A DNA stretch of 64,000 nucleotides from Malacoraja senta (Eukaryota). Under the pieces are notes generated by a model. It saw nothing but the letters and a program-made list of their open reading frames with translations, was not told where the DNA came from and made no database searches. This document shows positions 27,718 through 39,469 of the stretch, piece after piece. The translations under genes and the position numbers were made by a program. Position 1 is the stretch's first letter. Each line of letters begins with the position of its first letter. The stretch spans positions 7,008,001-7,072,000 of the forward strand of contig CM075992.1 in NCBI GenBank assembly GCA_038087875.1, written 5' to 3'.

Positions 27718-28409
27718 CTGGAAAGAAACATGGACACTTCCTAATGGTTACAAACTTTGCAAGTTAAAACGATGATGAAGGAATCAAAACATTGTAAAAT
27801 GTTGATAATCCTCCAGATCAGCATCATCCCACATTCCCGTCACATTCTTCCCCTCTCCATCTCTGTTCCTGTCAGTAATTCTGGTAGTGAATGCTAAAAC
27901 CTCTCCACATTCTTCTCCCCTATTTCCTAAACCTCTCTTCGATGATTCAACAATTCAATTCAATGATACTTTATTGAGTGAGTTTCCTGATGAGTTTCAT
28001 TGTCTGTAACTCGCTTTCATCTAGCCCACAGCTAAGAAGGGCTTGTTTCCTATATCATTGTTACTTTTTTGCATATGTTTCATTCATTTGGGGATCATGA
28101 CAGAAGCCTCCTCGCGGCGATCCCTGGAAGTGACGACACAATGCACTCTGTGACGCGTCGGGAGACAATTCTGTCAACATGTTGGACGACGACAGAAGCC
28201 AACAGCGAGCTACATCGTCTGACACACGAGCGACCGAACGAACGATCCATTTGTTTGAAACGTCTGTATCACCGTCAATATCTCTCGTTTCCCTTTCCTC
28301 TGACTCTGTCTGAAGAAGGGTCTCGACCCAAACGTCACCTATTCCTTTTCTCCAGAGATGCTGTCTGACCCGCTGCGTTACTTCAGCTTTTTGTGTCATA
28401 CTTTATTGT

Positions 28410-28609
28410 NNNNNNNNNNNNNNNNNNNNNNNNNNNNNNNNNNNNNNNNNNNNNNNNNNNNNNNNNNNNNNNNNNNNNNNNNNNNNNNNNNNNNNNNNNN
28501 NNNNNNNNNNNNNNNNNNNNNNNNNNNNNNNNNNNNNNNNNNNNNNNNNNNNNNNNNNNNNNNNNNNNNNNNNNNNNNNNNNNNNNNNNNNNNNNNNNNN
28601 NNNNNNNNN
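28410..28609. other. Assembly gap (200 N)
   Basis: N run; the flanking exons join without missing residues (DPNK|AFIQ). Confidence 1.
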
Positions 28610-29145
28610 GAAAGGTGATGTTTTGGGTTTAAGGGTCTTGACCCTAAACATCACCTAAAATGTTCTCAACTGCACCATCTGAGTTTTAACTGCTCAAATG
28701 CTATGTACTAGGCCTACAGAGTCATACCACACAGAAAGGGGCCCTTTGCCTTACCATATCAGACAGACCATTTTATCTAAGATAGACACAAAATGCTGGA
28801 GTAACGCAGCAGGATAGGCAGCATCTCTGGAGAGAAGGAATGGATGACATTTCGGGTCGAGACCCGACCTAAAACGTCACCCATTCCTTCACTCAGGAGA
28901 TGCTGCCTGTCCTGCTGAGTTATTCCAGCATTTTGTGTCTATGTTCAGTTTAAACCAGCATCTGCATTTCCTTCCTACACATCCCGACCATTTTGGCTAT
29001 CTACTCTAATCCCATTTGTCCGCATTCTTCTACACCTTGCCTATTCACGGCATGAAAGGACGTTGGACTGAGTTAAATACACGAGCAGCAAATTAATTGT
29101 TCACGTTTCCACAGCCAGTAATTTTACCATCCAAGTTGCTGTTAC

Positions 29146-29235
29146 CTTGTTAGGGTCCAGTTTGCCTTTGTCGACTGGATTGGAATCTTTGATAATCTCT
29201 GCAGCCTCTTCCCCAAACCGGTCTCGGTAGAACTC
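29146..29235 (-). CDS. DOCK6: DOCK6 exon: [30 protein letters not shown]
   Basis: cag / GTAACA, 90 nt. Confidence 0.93.
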
Positions 29236-29314
29236 CTGTCACAGCAAGAACAAGAATGTAATATGGAACCCATTTTACCACAGCACCAGTAATGCAAGGC
29301 TGAAATCTTGTTAA

Positions 29315-29620
29315 AGGGCCTGTCCCACTGTACGAGGTAATTCAAGAGCTCTCCCGAGTTAAAAAAAAAAAAAAACTCGTGGTAAGTACGTAGAATGAAC
29401 GTAGCGGGTACGTCGGAGCTCGGGACGTGTCTTAGCGGCTCGTAAAGCTAACGGCAGGTACTCGGGAAACGCGGTAAGCTCGTGAAGATTTTTCAACATG
29501 TTGAAAAATGTCCAGGAGAGCCTCGAGTACCTACGAGCGGCTATTACCGTAATTCTCCGAGTTCGAATCGGGGAAACTCGGGAGAACTCTTGAATTAGCT
29601 CGTACAGTGGGACAGGCCCT
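29315..29620. mobile_element. PIF/Harbinger-type MITE (related subfamily)
   Basis: TIR agggcctgtcccactgtacgag; TAA TSD. Confidence 0.85.
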
Positions 29621-29959
29621 TAAATCCCATCAGCAAAGTGGGGCAATAAAAACTACAGGCTTTGCCACTGTAGCACATAGCAGGGAAGTGCTAAATTCCG
29701 GTTCAACTACAACACCAAGCAATTCTCGCAGATCCATCACAACTCCATTTGCAGCAGCACGTTATATCCTTAGAACCAAAGCGCTATTTTCAACCTTCTA
29801 TAGGAAGACAACTGTCCTCAGTCACTCTACACCGACAGAAGCAGAGTACCGATACTGTGGGGGCATTCCCAGTATACACACACTCTTCAATTAAATTGCA
29901 ATAGTTAGAATTTTTAAAGTCTCAAGTTATAGAACTGTAAGAGATATAGACTTCACTTG

Positions 29960-30260
29960 TGCCTCACTGGAAGAATTCTCAATCCAAGTAAAAGGTCACA
30001 TGTTTCAGCCCCACTCCAAAACATATCACATGAAAAGTAAACAAAAACCAAATGGATGCCAAATTCCCATTGTGCTATGTCTGAAGAAAAGCGAGGGAGT
30101 TTGCCCTACAATCTTGGCCAATATTTATCATTCAATCATCAGCACTTAAACTTTATCTTGCTGATAACACTGCTGTTTTATGTGCAAATCGGCTGTCAGG
30201 CTTCCTATGATACAAGCGTAAATACATTTTACAAATAATTATTTGGCTGAAAATGTTTAA
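29960..30260 (+). mobile_element. Old DeuSINE/SacSINE1-like remnant
   Basis: Degenerate match to the recalled Deu domain (cccatt..gaagaaaagcgagggagtt..tggccaatatttatc). Confidence 0.5.
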
Positions 30261-30935
30261 ACACTACGTTAAATAAAAATCACACAAGTGAGATCCTTTT
30301 TTTTATGCTCATAGATTTGCAGAAAGGGAGCAGTTTGAACCAGTATGTAAAAGTGATCCACCTCGTTCCACTGGCCCAATCTTTCCACACAAATCTACAA
30401 ATCTTTCCTTTCAGATACTTATCCAGTTCACTTTCGAATATCATACTGGAATCTGCTTCCATTGTTACTTCTTGCAATGTGTACCAGACCTGAACGTCTC
30501 ATTGTGTAAAAAAGGATGTCAGGGGTTATGGGGAGTAGGCAAGAGAGTAGGGTTGAGAGGGAAAGATTGAATGGCGGAGTAGCCTTGATGCGCCAAATGG
30601 CCTAATTCTGCTCCTATAACATGAAAATGTTTTCCTCATATCAATTTTGATTATTTTGCTAATCATCTTTATTCTCTCTCTTGACTCTCCACATGGATAG
30701 TTTCTTTCTGTCTACTCTCTCTGCACCCGTGCATCATTTTTAAATATCACAATCAGATGTCCATGTAACCTTCTTGGTTTTTTTGGAACACTGCTTCTCC
30801 AGTCAATCCACATAATTAAATTCCATCATCACCAAAATCATTTCAGTAAATTTCTTCTATACATTCTTGCAAACTTCCTGGAAACATTCACATGATATAC
30901 ATATACCCCTAGGCCTCTTTTCTCTTGCACCCCTT

Positions 30936-31385
30936 AGTTTAGTATGGTTTATTGTCACGTGTACTGAGGTACATTGAAAAGCTTTTGTTGCATGCTAACC
31001 AGTCAGCAGAAAGATAATACATGATTACAATCGAGCTATCCACAGTGTACAGATACATGATAAGGGGGATAACGTAAATGAGGTTTAGTGCAAGATAAAG
31101 TCCAGTAAAGTCCGTTTAAAGAAAGTCCAAGGGTCTCCAATGAGGTAGATAGTAGCTCAGGACTGCTCTCTAGTTGTTGGTAGGATGGTTCAGTTGCTTG
31201 ATAAGACCTGGGAAGAAACTGTCCCTGAATCTGGAGGTGTGCGTTTTCACACTTCTATACCTCTTGCCTGATGGGAGAGGGGAGGAGGGGGAGTGGCCAA
31301 GGTGCGACTCGTCCTTGATTATCCTGCTGGCCTTGCCGAGGCAGCATGAGGTATAAATGGTCAATGGAAGGGAGGTTGGTTTGTG
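30936..31385 (-). mobile_element. Rex1/Babar- or L2-like LINE 3' fragment
   Basis: LPSGKRYRSVKTHTSRFRDSFFP motif; homologous copies at ~898-1290 and 27178-27403. Confidence 0.7.
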
Positions 31386-31707
31386 CAGAAAGGTGTACTC
31401 GAATTTATCCTGCCTCTTCTAACTTTTCCAGTAAAATCAAACACTTTGTATCTCAGCACTAAGATTCACCTGCCACCTATCAGCCCATACACCAATCTGG
31501 CGCTATCTCCTACATCCGGCACTATCTTCTTTATTGTTCACTACACATCCATGTTTAGCATCATTGTCAAGTTTGAGAATTGTACATACATGTCCAAGTC
31601 GCTAAGGAAAGTAATGGTGCTACAGATTCCTGGGCAACTTTGCATAGGCACAAAAAGCTGGAGTAACTCAGCAGGTCACACAGCACCTCTGGAGAAAAAG
31701 AATAGGT

Positions 31708-31735
31708 GACGTTTCGGGTTGAGACCCTTCTTCAG
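31708..31735 (-). ncRNA. Minimal hammerhead-like motif, sense to the DOCK6 pre-mRNA
   Basis: Minus strand reads CTGAAGA-A-GGGTCTCAACCC-GAAAC-GTC. Confidence 0.5.
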
Positions 31736-31877
31736 ACCTATTCCTTCTCTCTAGAGATGCTGCCTGACCTGCTGAGTTGTTCCAGCTTTTTGTGTCTATC
31801 TTCCGTTTAAACCAGCATCTGCAGTTCCTTCCTACACACCTGGGCAACGTTATGTTGGATTTGGCGCACCCACTCAC

Positions 31878-32003
31878 CTCAAGTCGGTATGAAATCTCCG
31901 CCAGTTTGGTGATCGAGGGCTCCTTATAGACAAATTCTTGTTCATCCAGATCTCCAAACTTACAACCGTAGAAACCCACCCGGAAATAAGTGCCAAACAT
32001 CCT
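31878..32003 (-). CDS. DOCK6: DOCK6 exon: [42 protein letters not shown] (alternative acceptor at 32012 adds VTK)
   Basis: Tandem acceptors cag|GTCACAAAG|AGG; GTGAGT donor; 126 or 135 nt. Confidence 0.92.
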
Positions 32004-33154
32004 CTTTGTGACCTGCGGAAATGTTTGAGGAAAGACAGTTAACATATGCCGTAGCAATTCATTCAATCCTCCACCTAACCTCTGCTCTGCTCTTATTTTG
32101 CACTGGTTAGTTAAAGATGCCAGTGGTTTAAAAAAAAAAAGCAGCCTGAATTTAAGTGCAGTTATTCAAAAGCAGCCCCACAAAATGGATACAGATTGCA
32201 ACTTGATGTTAACATACATTATATTTGATCAGACCTCAGACTTTCCTTGGAAGGCCATCATTAGTTTTGTTTTTCCTTGTTAAAATAATCTCACCTCAGA
32301 TTAATTACATATATTAACTCTTTCACCTGGCAGGGTGCTCCTTCAGAAGGCTGTTACCTAATGCAGCAGCATGATTTTTAAATTTCCCACACACTCATCT
32401 TAAACTTTTCCCAAATGCTCCAAATTTGGAGCTGCGTTTGGAACGTCTGGTGTCTAATATCCAGAATGAAGTTGTCAAGTCTGAGGCCGGTTGGTCACTC
32501 ATATCACTGTGGAAAATAATTTGACATAAATAGACACAACAGCTAGGAAATCGTAAGAGAAACATCGGTATCTCATGTTACCAATTTAGAATAGCAACTC
32601 ATGACATGGTGAGGCCAGATCATATACTGGAATAAGTCAGAAATATTTTGAGTTGAGTTAAATGGAGTTGTGGTACAGAGTGAAAGCAACAGGTAGAAGG
32701 ACACACCATTGAAGCCCCATCACCAATATTGAAGATGGAGGGAGAGGGTTAGCGAGTGGAACTGATCGGGAACAGGGAGGTGTGAATGGCAATGCTTCAC
32801 AGTTTAGATTAGAGATGCAGGATGGAAACTGGGCCCATCGGCCCACACTGACCATCGATCACCCTTTCATACCAGGTTGAAGTTATCCCAGTTTCTCATC
32901 TACTCCCTACATACTAGGGGCTATTTACACAGACCAATTGACCTATAAACCCGCACATTTTTGGGGATGTGGGAGGAAACCCATGCAGTCACAGAGAAAA
33001 TGCGCAAACTCCATACAGTGGGTTGTATGGAGATGAACCCGGGTCTCTGACGTTATGAGGCAGCAGCTCTACCAGTTGCACCGCTCTGCCACCTATTGGA
33101 AGTAAAATTCATCATCCAATATTGTGAGGGTAGGCTTCCTTCATCCATAGTATA

Positions 33155-33463
33155 GTTTAGTTTAGAGATACAGCGCGGAAACAGGCCCTTTGGCCCACCG
33201 GGTCCGCGCCGACCGGCGATCCCCGCATATTAACACTATCCTACACACACTAGGGACAATTTTTACATTTGCTAAGCCAATTTACTTACATACCTGTACG
33301 TCTTTGGAATGTGGGAGGAACCGAAGATCTCGGAGAAAACCCACGCGGTCACGGGGAGAACGTACAAACTCCGTACAGACAGCACCCGTCGGGTTGGAAC
33401 CCGGGTCTCCGACGCTGCAAGCGCTGTAAGGCAGCAACTCTACCGCTGCGCCACCGTGCCGCC
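33155..33463 (-). mobile_element. tRNA-derived elasmobranch HE1-like SINE, full length (representative copy)
   Basis: A/B-box head, ggtttcctcccacactccaaagac core, (ctaaa)n tail. Other copies at ~8270-8560, 9050-9340, 18383-18685, 19930-20180, 24830-25102, 32800-33092, 37330-37572, 45688-45998, 52083-52398, 59097-59413, 60917-61208, 61930-62212, 63163-63447. Confidence 0.85.
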
Positions 33464-36400
33464 AAATTGACACAACCCCATCTTTCAACACTTCAACTTT
33501 CCATGTGTGTGATCTATAGATCCAACAGGTCAACTCAAACCTGCACCTAATCACAGCTTTGGACTGTGGGGGGCACCCACTCTAATTGGAGACAACTATT
33601 AATTGGCGTCATATCACAGGACACACAAGGTAGCAGATAGATCACAGCGTTCTGGGAGGGCTTCACATCAAGTTCCACTGATGAAAGGCTGTATATTTAA
33701 TACATCGGGGAGCTTCAAAATTTCTTTAACTCTACTCCATCAAAAGTAGAAACCACCTTTCCAGCTGGAAGGTCAGGTGGAAAACTCTGAGAGAATTTTG
33801 AAAATCAAAGAAATCTCACAGAATTGGAAGTACGAAGCAATTGCTAGAATGCCAGAAGCATTTATAAGTAATTGTCAGTTCATTTTAAGTAATCTTGGGT
33901 GCAAATTATATCTTTAAAATCACAGTAAATTAATAAAATATAGCAACTTACCACAAGGTATAACGAGAGGACAATGTGATCGGCAGCAAGTGCAGTAAGA
34001 GAGAAAGCAGAGAGAGAGAGAATCATTAACTGATAGGCTAAACACAGATCACTGTTATATGTACAGGCTACAGGAGGTCTCCTGTGACACCACAGTGATA
34101 GCACTGCTGCATGGAAAGGGTGAGATTCATGACCAATTATAATACGAACACACATCTCATTTAAGTTAATTCCTCCCACAGCCCACCGTTAAATATGCCT
34201 CAACATAATTCCTGCTGAATGAGCAGACCACCAAGTCCCAAGCAGACATTCAGGCTTCACTTCCTGCTGTTGGGAAGTTAGACCATGCTCTTCAGAGAGA
34301 TGGCATTTTAAGCACAGACCATATTTACTTCAGGCTCGCAGCAGCAGTTTCATCACAGTGGATGTCACCAGGAAACTCCCTGACCAAGAATACAAGGGGA
34401 ACTTTGTTTTACTCAAACATTGGTGGAACACAGACCGGACACATCACAAAGCGCAGGCATCTACACTTGGGTCTGAAATCAGTTTTGAACCAGTGCACAT
34501 TGCAACCCCAAGTTGCAACCCCAAGAAAAGCATGCCAGGGTCCCTGGTGAGCACAATGTCTCTGCAATAACACCCTCAGACTGAAATACAACGCAGTCAC
34601 TCCCTGAACCTTTACCCTCAGCTCCTCCAATTTCTAATATTCTTGGGTTGAGGTAATCAGAAGTGAAGGATGCAACTTTACAAAAGCACATCTCCACCCC
34701 ACAAAGCTCACTTTGTTCAGAATCATATTTAAATGAAATATAGACATACATCAGTAGTCTATAAAAGGGCTGGGCACAAACATGTACAATCCTAGGTTCA
34801 AAATGAACCCAAAGATCTTCTGCAGAACATCCCTGACTGCGTAGGCCTTGGACTCCATCTGAACCATTTATCAGATGATAATTAGTAATTACACTCCATT
34901 GCCCTTTAAACCAGCAGTTTCTGGAGGTGGGATGAAGGTGAGTCAGCAGCTTAATAAAAGAAAGCAACGAACTGCCTAATGCTCAATTCTGACATAAAAC
35001 CTCCTGGTTTCCCTCAATATACTGAAAATAAAAAAACCCTGCAGATATTGAAATCTAATGTAAATTAGAAATTCCTGGAAATATTCAGCAGTCAGGCTGC
35101 ATCTGTGGGATGCAAATCAGAGCTAATGTTTCAGGTCAAAAAGCCTTCATCGGAATTCCTCAATAAATTGCAGCTTCCAGCGGGTCACAGTCAAACAGGA
35201 TGGAAACAGGCTCTTCGGCTCAGCTTGCCCAAGATGGGAACCACTGCACCTGACAGCTGCAGGTTAACGAGTTTGCAAGCTAAGGTCAACGGTTTTTATA
35301 TCTTTAGTTTGTTCACATTCCCACACAGCCATAATCAGGTGACAATCTTTTCTAACACATCTCAGACCTGGATCAAATCTCACGGAATGTTATTTCATGA
35401 GGGTTTAAAATCAATTCAGAATTTAATTCAAGTCAAGAGAGTTTATTGTCATGTGTCCCAGATAGGACAATGAAATTCTTGCTTGCTGCAGCACAACAGA
35501 ATATTGTCATTTCATCCCTTTCTTAGTCAAGTTGATTTTTTTTCCCTGAAGTTTGACAACATGTTTTTCAAAAGCTCAGAAAAGAGAACTCAGCAAACTG
35601 ACTTCTCTGTCCCACTTCCACCTAATTCACAGGAGGACTTCTGTAGTTATACTGGCCGGTGTTCTGCAAACACAACACGTGCATGCCGTGATGGAAGTTA
35701 CTTGGTTATAATATGGCTTGTGTGCAAGAATTATGACTTGTGATCCATTGAGAAACAATCAGTCAGCAAAACAGAATGATCACGGAACGATTAGGCAATG
35801 CAATATTAGCAGCTTTCAGGCAGCCTTCTGCATGAAGTTATTCTCTGAAGAACAGAGGCACGCTCTATGAATCCTTAATGAGAGCTCATTTTTCCACCCC
35901 CGAAAACATGTGACTGGACAAACAAACACCTGCTATTCTGCAAAAAACTTGAGAATTCCCATTATTTCCCATCCGAGCCACTCTCCCGAATCTGAGACGT
36001 GGGGCAGTGCAGCCAGCATTGGATATGCCAATGATGTCTCCATCACGATACTGCTCCCCATCAGCCTGGGTTAGCAGTGCACAAAGGACTTGCCTTTCTT
36101 CTTTCAAAGCTGCAAATGATCTCAACCCTTTGACAGGTGACCTGAGGGTTGAAATGCATAACTTTCAACGGATACCCAAATGCGGATATATATCTGAGGC
36201 TGGGTTCAAACTCGTTCTTTGGCAGAGTGCTCCAACCCTTCTCTCTCAGTCATTCCAAGGCTGAGTAATTTATATTCTTTTGGCCACAGTAGCGTGAGTA
36301 AGGGTTATGAATATTCCAATGCATCACACATTTGCTGGAGGATCAAGAGGACAGCAGCTCTAATTCACTCAAAAGGACACAAAGTGCTGGAGTAACTCAG

Positions 36401-38351
36401 CGGGTCAGACAGCATCCCTCGAGAACATGGATAGGTGACGTTTTGGGTCGGGACCCTTCTTCAGACTTCTAAATTATGAAGGCATTCGTGAGGGGTTGAG
36501 GTCAATTAACATGTAGTTCATTTGGTGATTTTAAGCACATTATTAATGAAAAAAAGGAGGAAAGAAGGTATAAGTTATTTGCCCTCCATCACAGTGGGGA
36601 ATGTGAGGTTGCCGAAAAAACAAGATGGACGTGCTGCCTGCACTGGTGAGGACTCGGAGGGAGTGCCGTGAGTGCATTGATCTTGGTGTTTTGCAGGGAC
36701 ATGGCTCCATGAGAACATCTCGGAGTCTAGTGTGAGTGTGGTCGGCTTTTTGACTGTTCGGGTGGAAAGGGACTGCAGAGAGAGTAACAGTGGTCGGTAC
36801 AACTCTGGTCACATCACGGTGAAGGAGCGTGTGTGTGTGGCCCGGACATAGGACTGATGATTGTAGGCTTATGCTGTGTGCCCTGGGGATTCTCACACGC
36901 CACTGTGGAGCATGTTTAAGAGTATGATTATTTTTTGATGTGGTTATGTATCTTGTTGCTTTTTTGTATGACTGTTGGCAAATCAAATTCCTTGTATGTT
37001 TACATACTTGGCTCACAAATTAATTACAACTGCAATAAACTTCTTTCTCAGATTGAGGAGTGAAAGGAATGAAGAGCATTTTGCTCATGTAGTTTTCATC
37101 TTCTCTCATCGTTTCAAATTAAAGCTCAATAATGAGAAACCCACACTCGCAGACTGTAATGTTGACAAGCTGCTCCCATACAAATCAGAAGTGGGCTGGT
37201 TTAGAGTCTCTGTCGATGCTGAATGTAATGATCTACATCAGATTGTCATGGGGAGTCGAGGGGAGGGGCGGGGGCTGGGGGGCGGAGGCACTAATATTTT
37301 ACTTTACTTTACACACACTGCTAGGAAACATATCCCATGGCCCACCGAGACCACGCTGGCCAGCTAACCTACACACACTAGGGACAATTTTACAACTTAC
37401 CAAAGCCAATTAACTTACAAACCTGTACGTCTTTGGAGTGTGGGAAGACACCGGAGCACCTGGAGAAAACCCACGTGGTCACAGGGAGAAGGTACATACT
37501 CCGTAGACAGCACCCGTAGTCAGGATGGAACCTGGGTCTCTGGCGCTGTGAGGCAGCAATACCGCCGCACCACAGAACTACATCTGCTTAAGTCTCCTTT
37601 GTCTGCGCACAAGCTCTGGAAACTCTTTACTCATGATGAAGCTGGTAAATGAGGACAGCGTACAGTCCTCTCATTTTGCCACTGTAGATTGCTGACAACT
37701 GCTCTACAATCTCACATGAGAAGCATAGCAATATAAGTCATAGAGTCATACAGCTTGGAAACAGGCCCTTCGGCCCAACCTGCCCACACCGACCAACATG
37801 TCCCATCTGCACTAGTCCCACCTGCCTGCATTTGGCCCATATCCCTCTGGACCTCACCTATCCATGTACCTGTCTAATTGTTTCATAAATATTGCAATAA
37901 TCCCTGCCTCAACCTCTGTTGGGTAGGAACTAGGATGTGGGAGAGTTAGTCAGGATGGAACATCAAAGATAAGTCAGTTATTAGACAAATTAAGACAACC
38001 TCTTTAAACTATAGTGGAAGGTCCCTAGAGCTGACTTTCCACTGAATCAAACCAGAAAAGTATATACGAGGAGGGACACACATAGGATGGAGGAAATCAT
38101 TGAAAGAAGGATAAGAATAGAACCAAAAGGTATAAATGAGCTTTCATTCATCCCTCCCACCTGGACAACAGAGGGCTGCCTGAAGTGACGCTGGATGTCT
38201 AACTCAGAGTTAGCTGATGAAACATTAGTGACAACATGGGAGTAGTTCCCTGCAATAGTGTGCGCCATCTGCTCATGTGACACAGGCCGTGACATGCAAA
38301 AGCTCTATCACTGTACAAACAATGCAATCCACACCAGGTCCATGCGCCTAC

Positions 38352-38366
38352 CTCCCAGCCAGAGCT
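38352..38366 (-). CDS. DOCK6: DOCK6 15-nt microexon SSGWE
   Basis: Long pyrimidine tract + catgcag|AGCTCTGGCTGGGAG|gtaggc; human DOCK6 reads HQ-SSGWE-R here (recalled). Confidence 0.85.
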
Positions 38367-38475
38367 CTGCATGTGGACAGAGAGGGGTAAGGGGAGAGGT
38401 AAGGCAAAAGAGAGAGAACATTTACCAATCAATGAACGGTCAAACAGATCCAAGGCTGAGCACACAGTTTTGAGC

Positions 38476-39469
38476 TGCAGAGACCATTGCCGTGACGTTG
38501 CAATCAATGTGTTTGTTTTCAGGTGTGTGTTTTATAAAATTAATCTGGTGCAGAATCTTAAATAAGAATAGAGAGTGTGTGTGGTGCATATCTGAAAATG
38601 TCACAAATCCAGCAAGCACCATGACAAATGAAGATCCCGGGGATCTAGGCATCAGGCAGTCATGGTGACAGGAATGCAATCAGTGACTTTGAGGGGAATG
38701 TGTCAGTGTTGGGAGGGGTACAGTCAGTCAGCGACTGTGAAGGCGATCCTGTCATTCAATGACTGTGAAGGGCACGGACAGTTCGTCAGAGACTGTGAGG
38801 AGTACACATCCACAGTGAGAGGGTACAGTCAGTCAGCAACTATGAGGGATACAGACAGTCAGAGACTATGAGGGGTACAGTCAGTCAGCCAATGTGAGGG
38901 GTATCCTATCATTCAGTAACTGTGAAGGGTACACTGTAATGGATACACAGCATGATAGTGCAGTGTACACAGTTAAATACACTGTCATGGTCAGAGATAT
39001 ACGCCAGTTGTTATTATAAGGACTACAAATCAACAATGTCATAGTAAGGAGTGCAGTCAGTCAGTGTCACAGCCAGTCACTATCACATGCAATCACATGA
39101 CTCAATGTCACAGTGAGAGGTGCACATCAGCCAGCCTCATGAAGAGGGTACATGTCAGTCAAACTCATGATGAAGGGTACCCGTCCGCCACTGTCAGTGA
39201 CGGCATGGTCAATAGTACATGTTAATCCCTGTGAAGGGATCTAATCAATATGTCTGGTACAGGAAAAACAGGAGTGCAAGTTGCAGAGACCATAGCCGTG
39301 ACGTTGCAATCAATGTGTTTGTTTTCAGGTGTGTGTTTTATAAAATTGTGTTTTATAAAATTAATCTGGTGCAGAATCTTAAATAACAATAGAGTGTGTG
39401 TGGATCTGAAAATGTCGCAAGTCCAGCAAGCACCATGGCAAATGAAGATCTCGGGGATCTACGCATCAG
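38476..39469. repeat. ~185-bp direct duplication (38476-38655 and 39282-39469) enclosing a degenerate ~28-bp minisatellite (~38680-38930)
   Basis: Both copies read tgcagagacca..ccgtgacgttgcaatcaatgtg...ggggatcta.gcatcag. Confidence 0.85.

Noticed and set aside
33380..33463. tRNA gene
   Set aside because: It is the tRNA-derived head of an HE1-like SINE, repeated many times in the window
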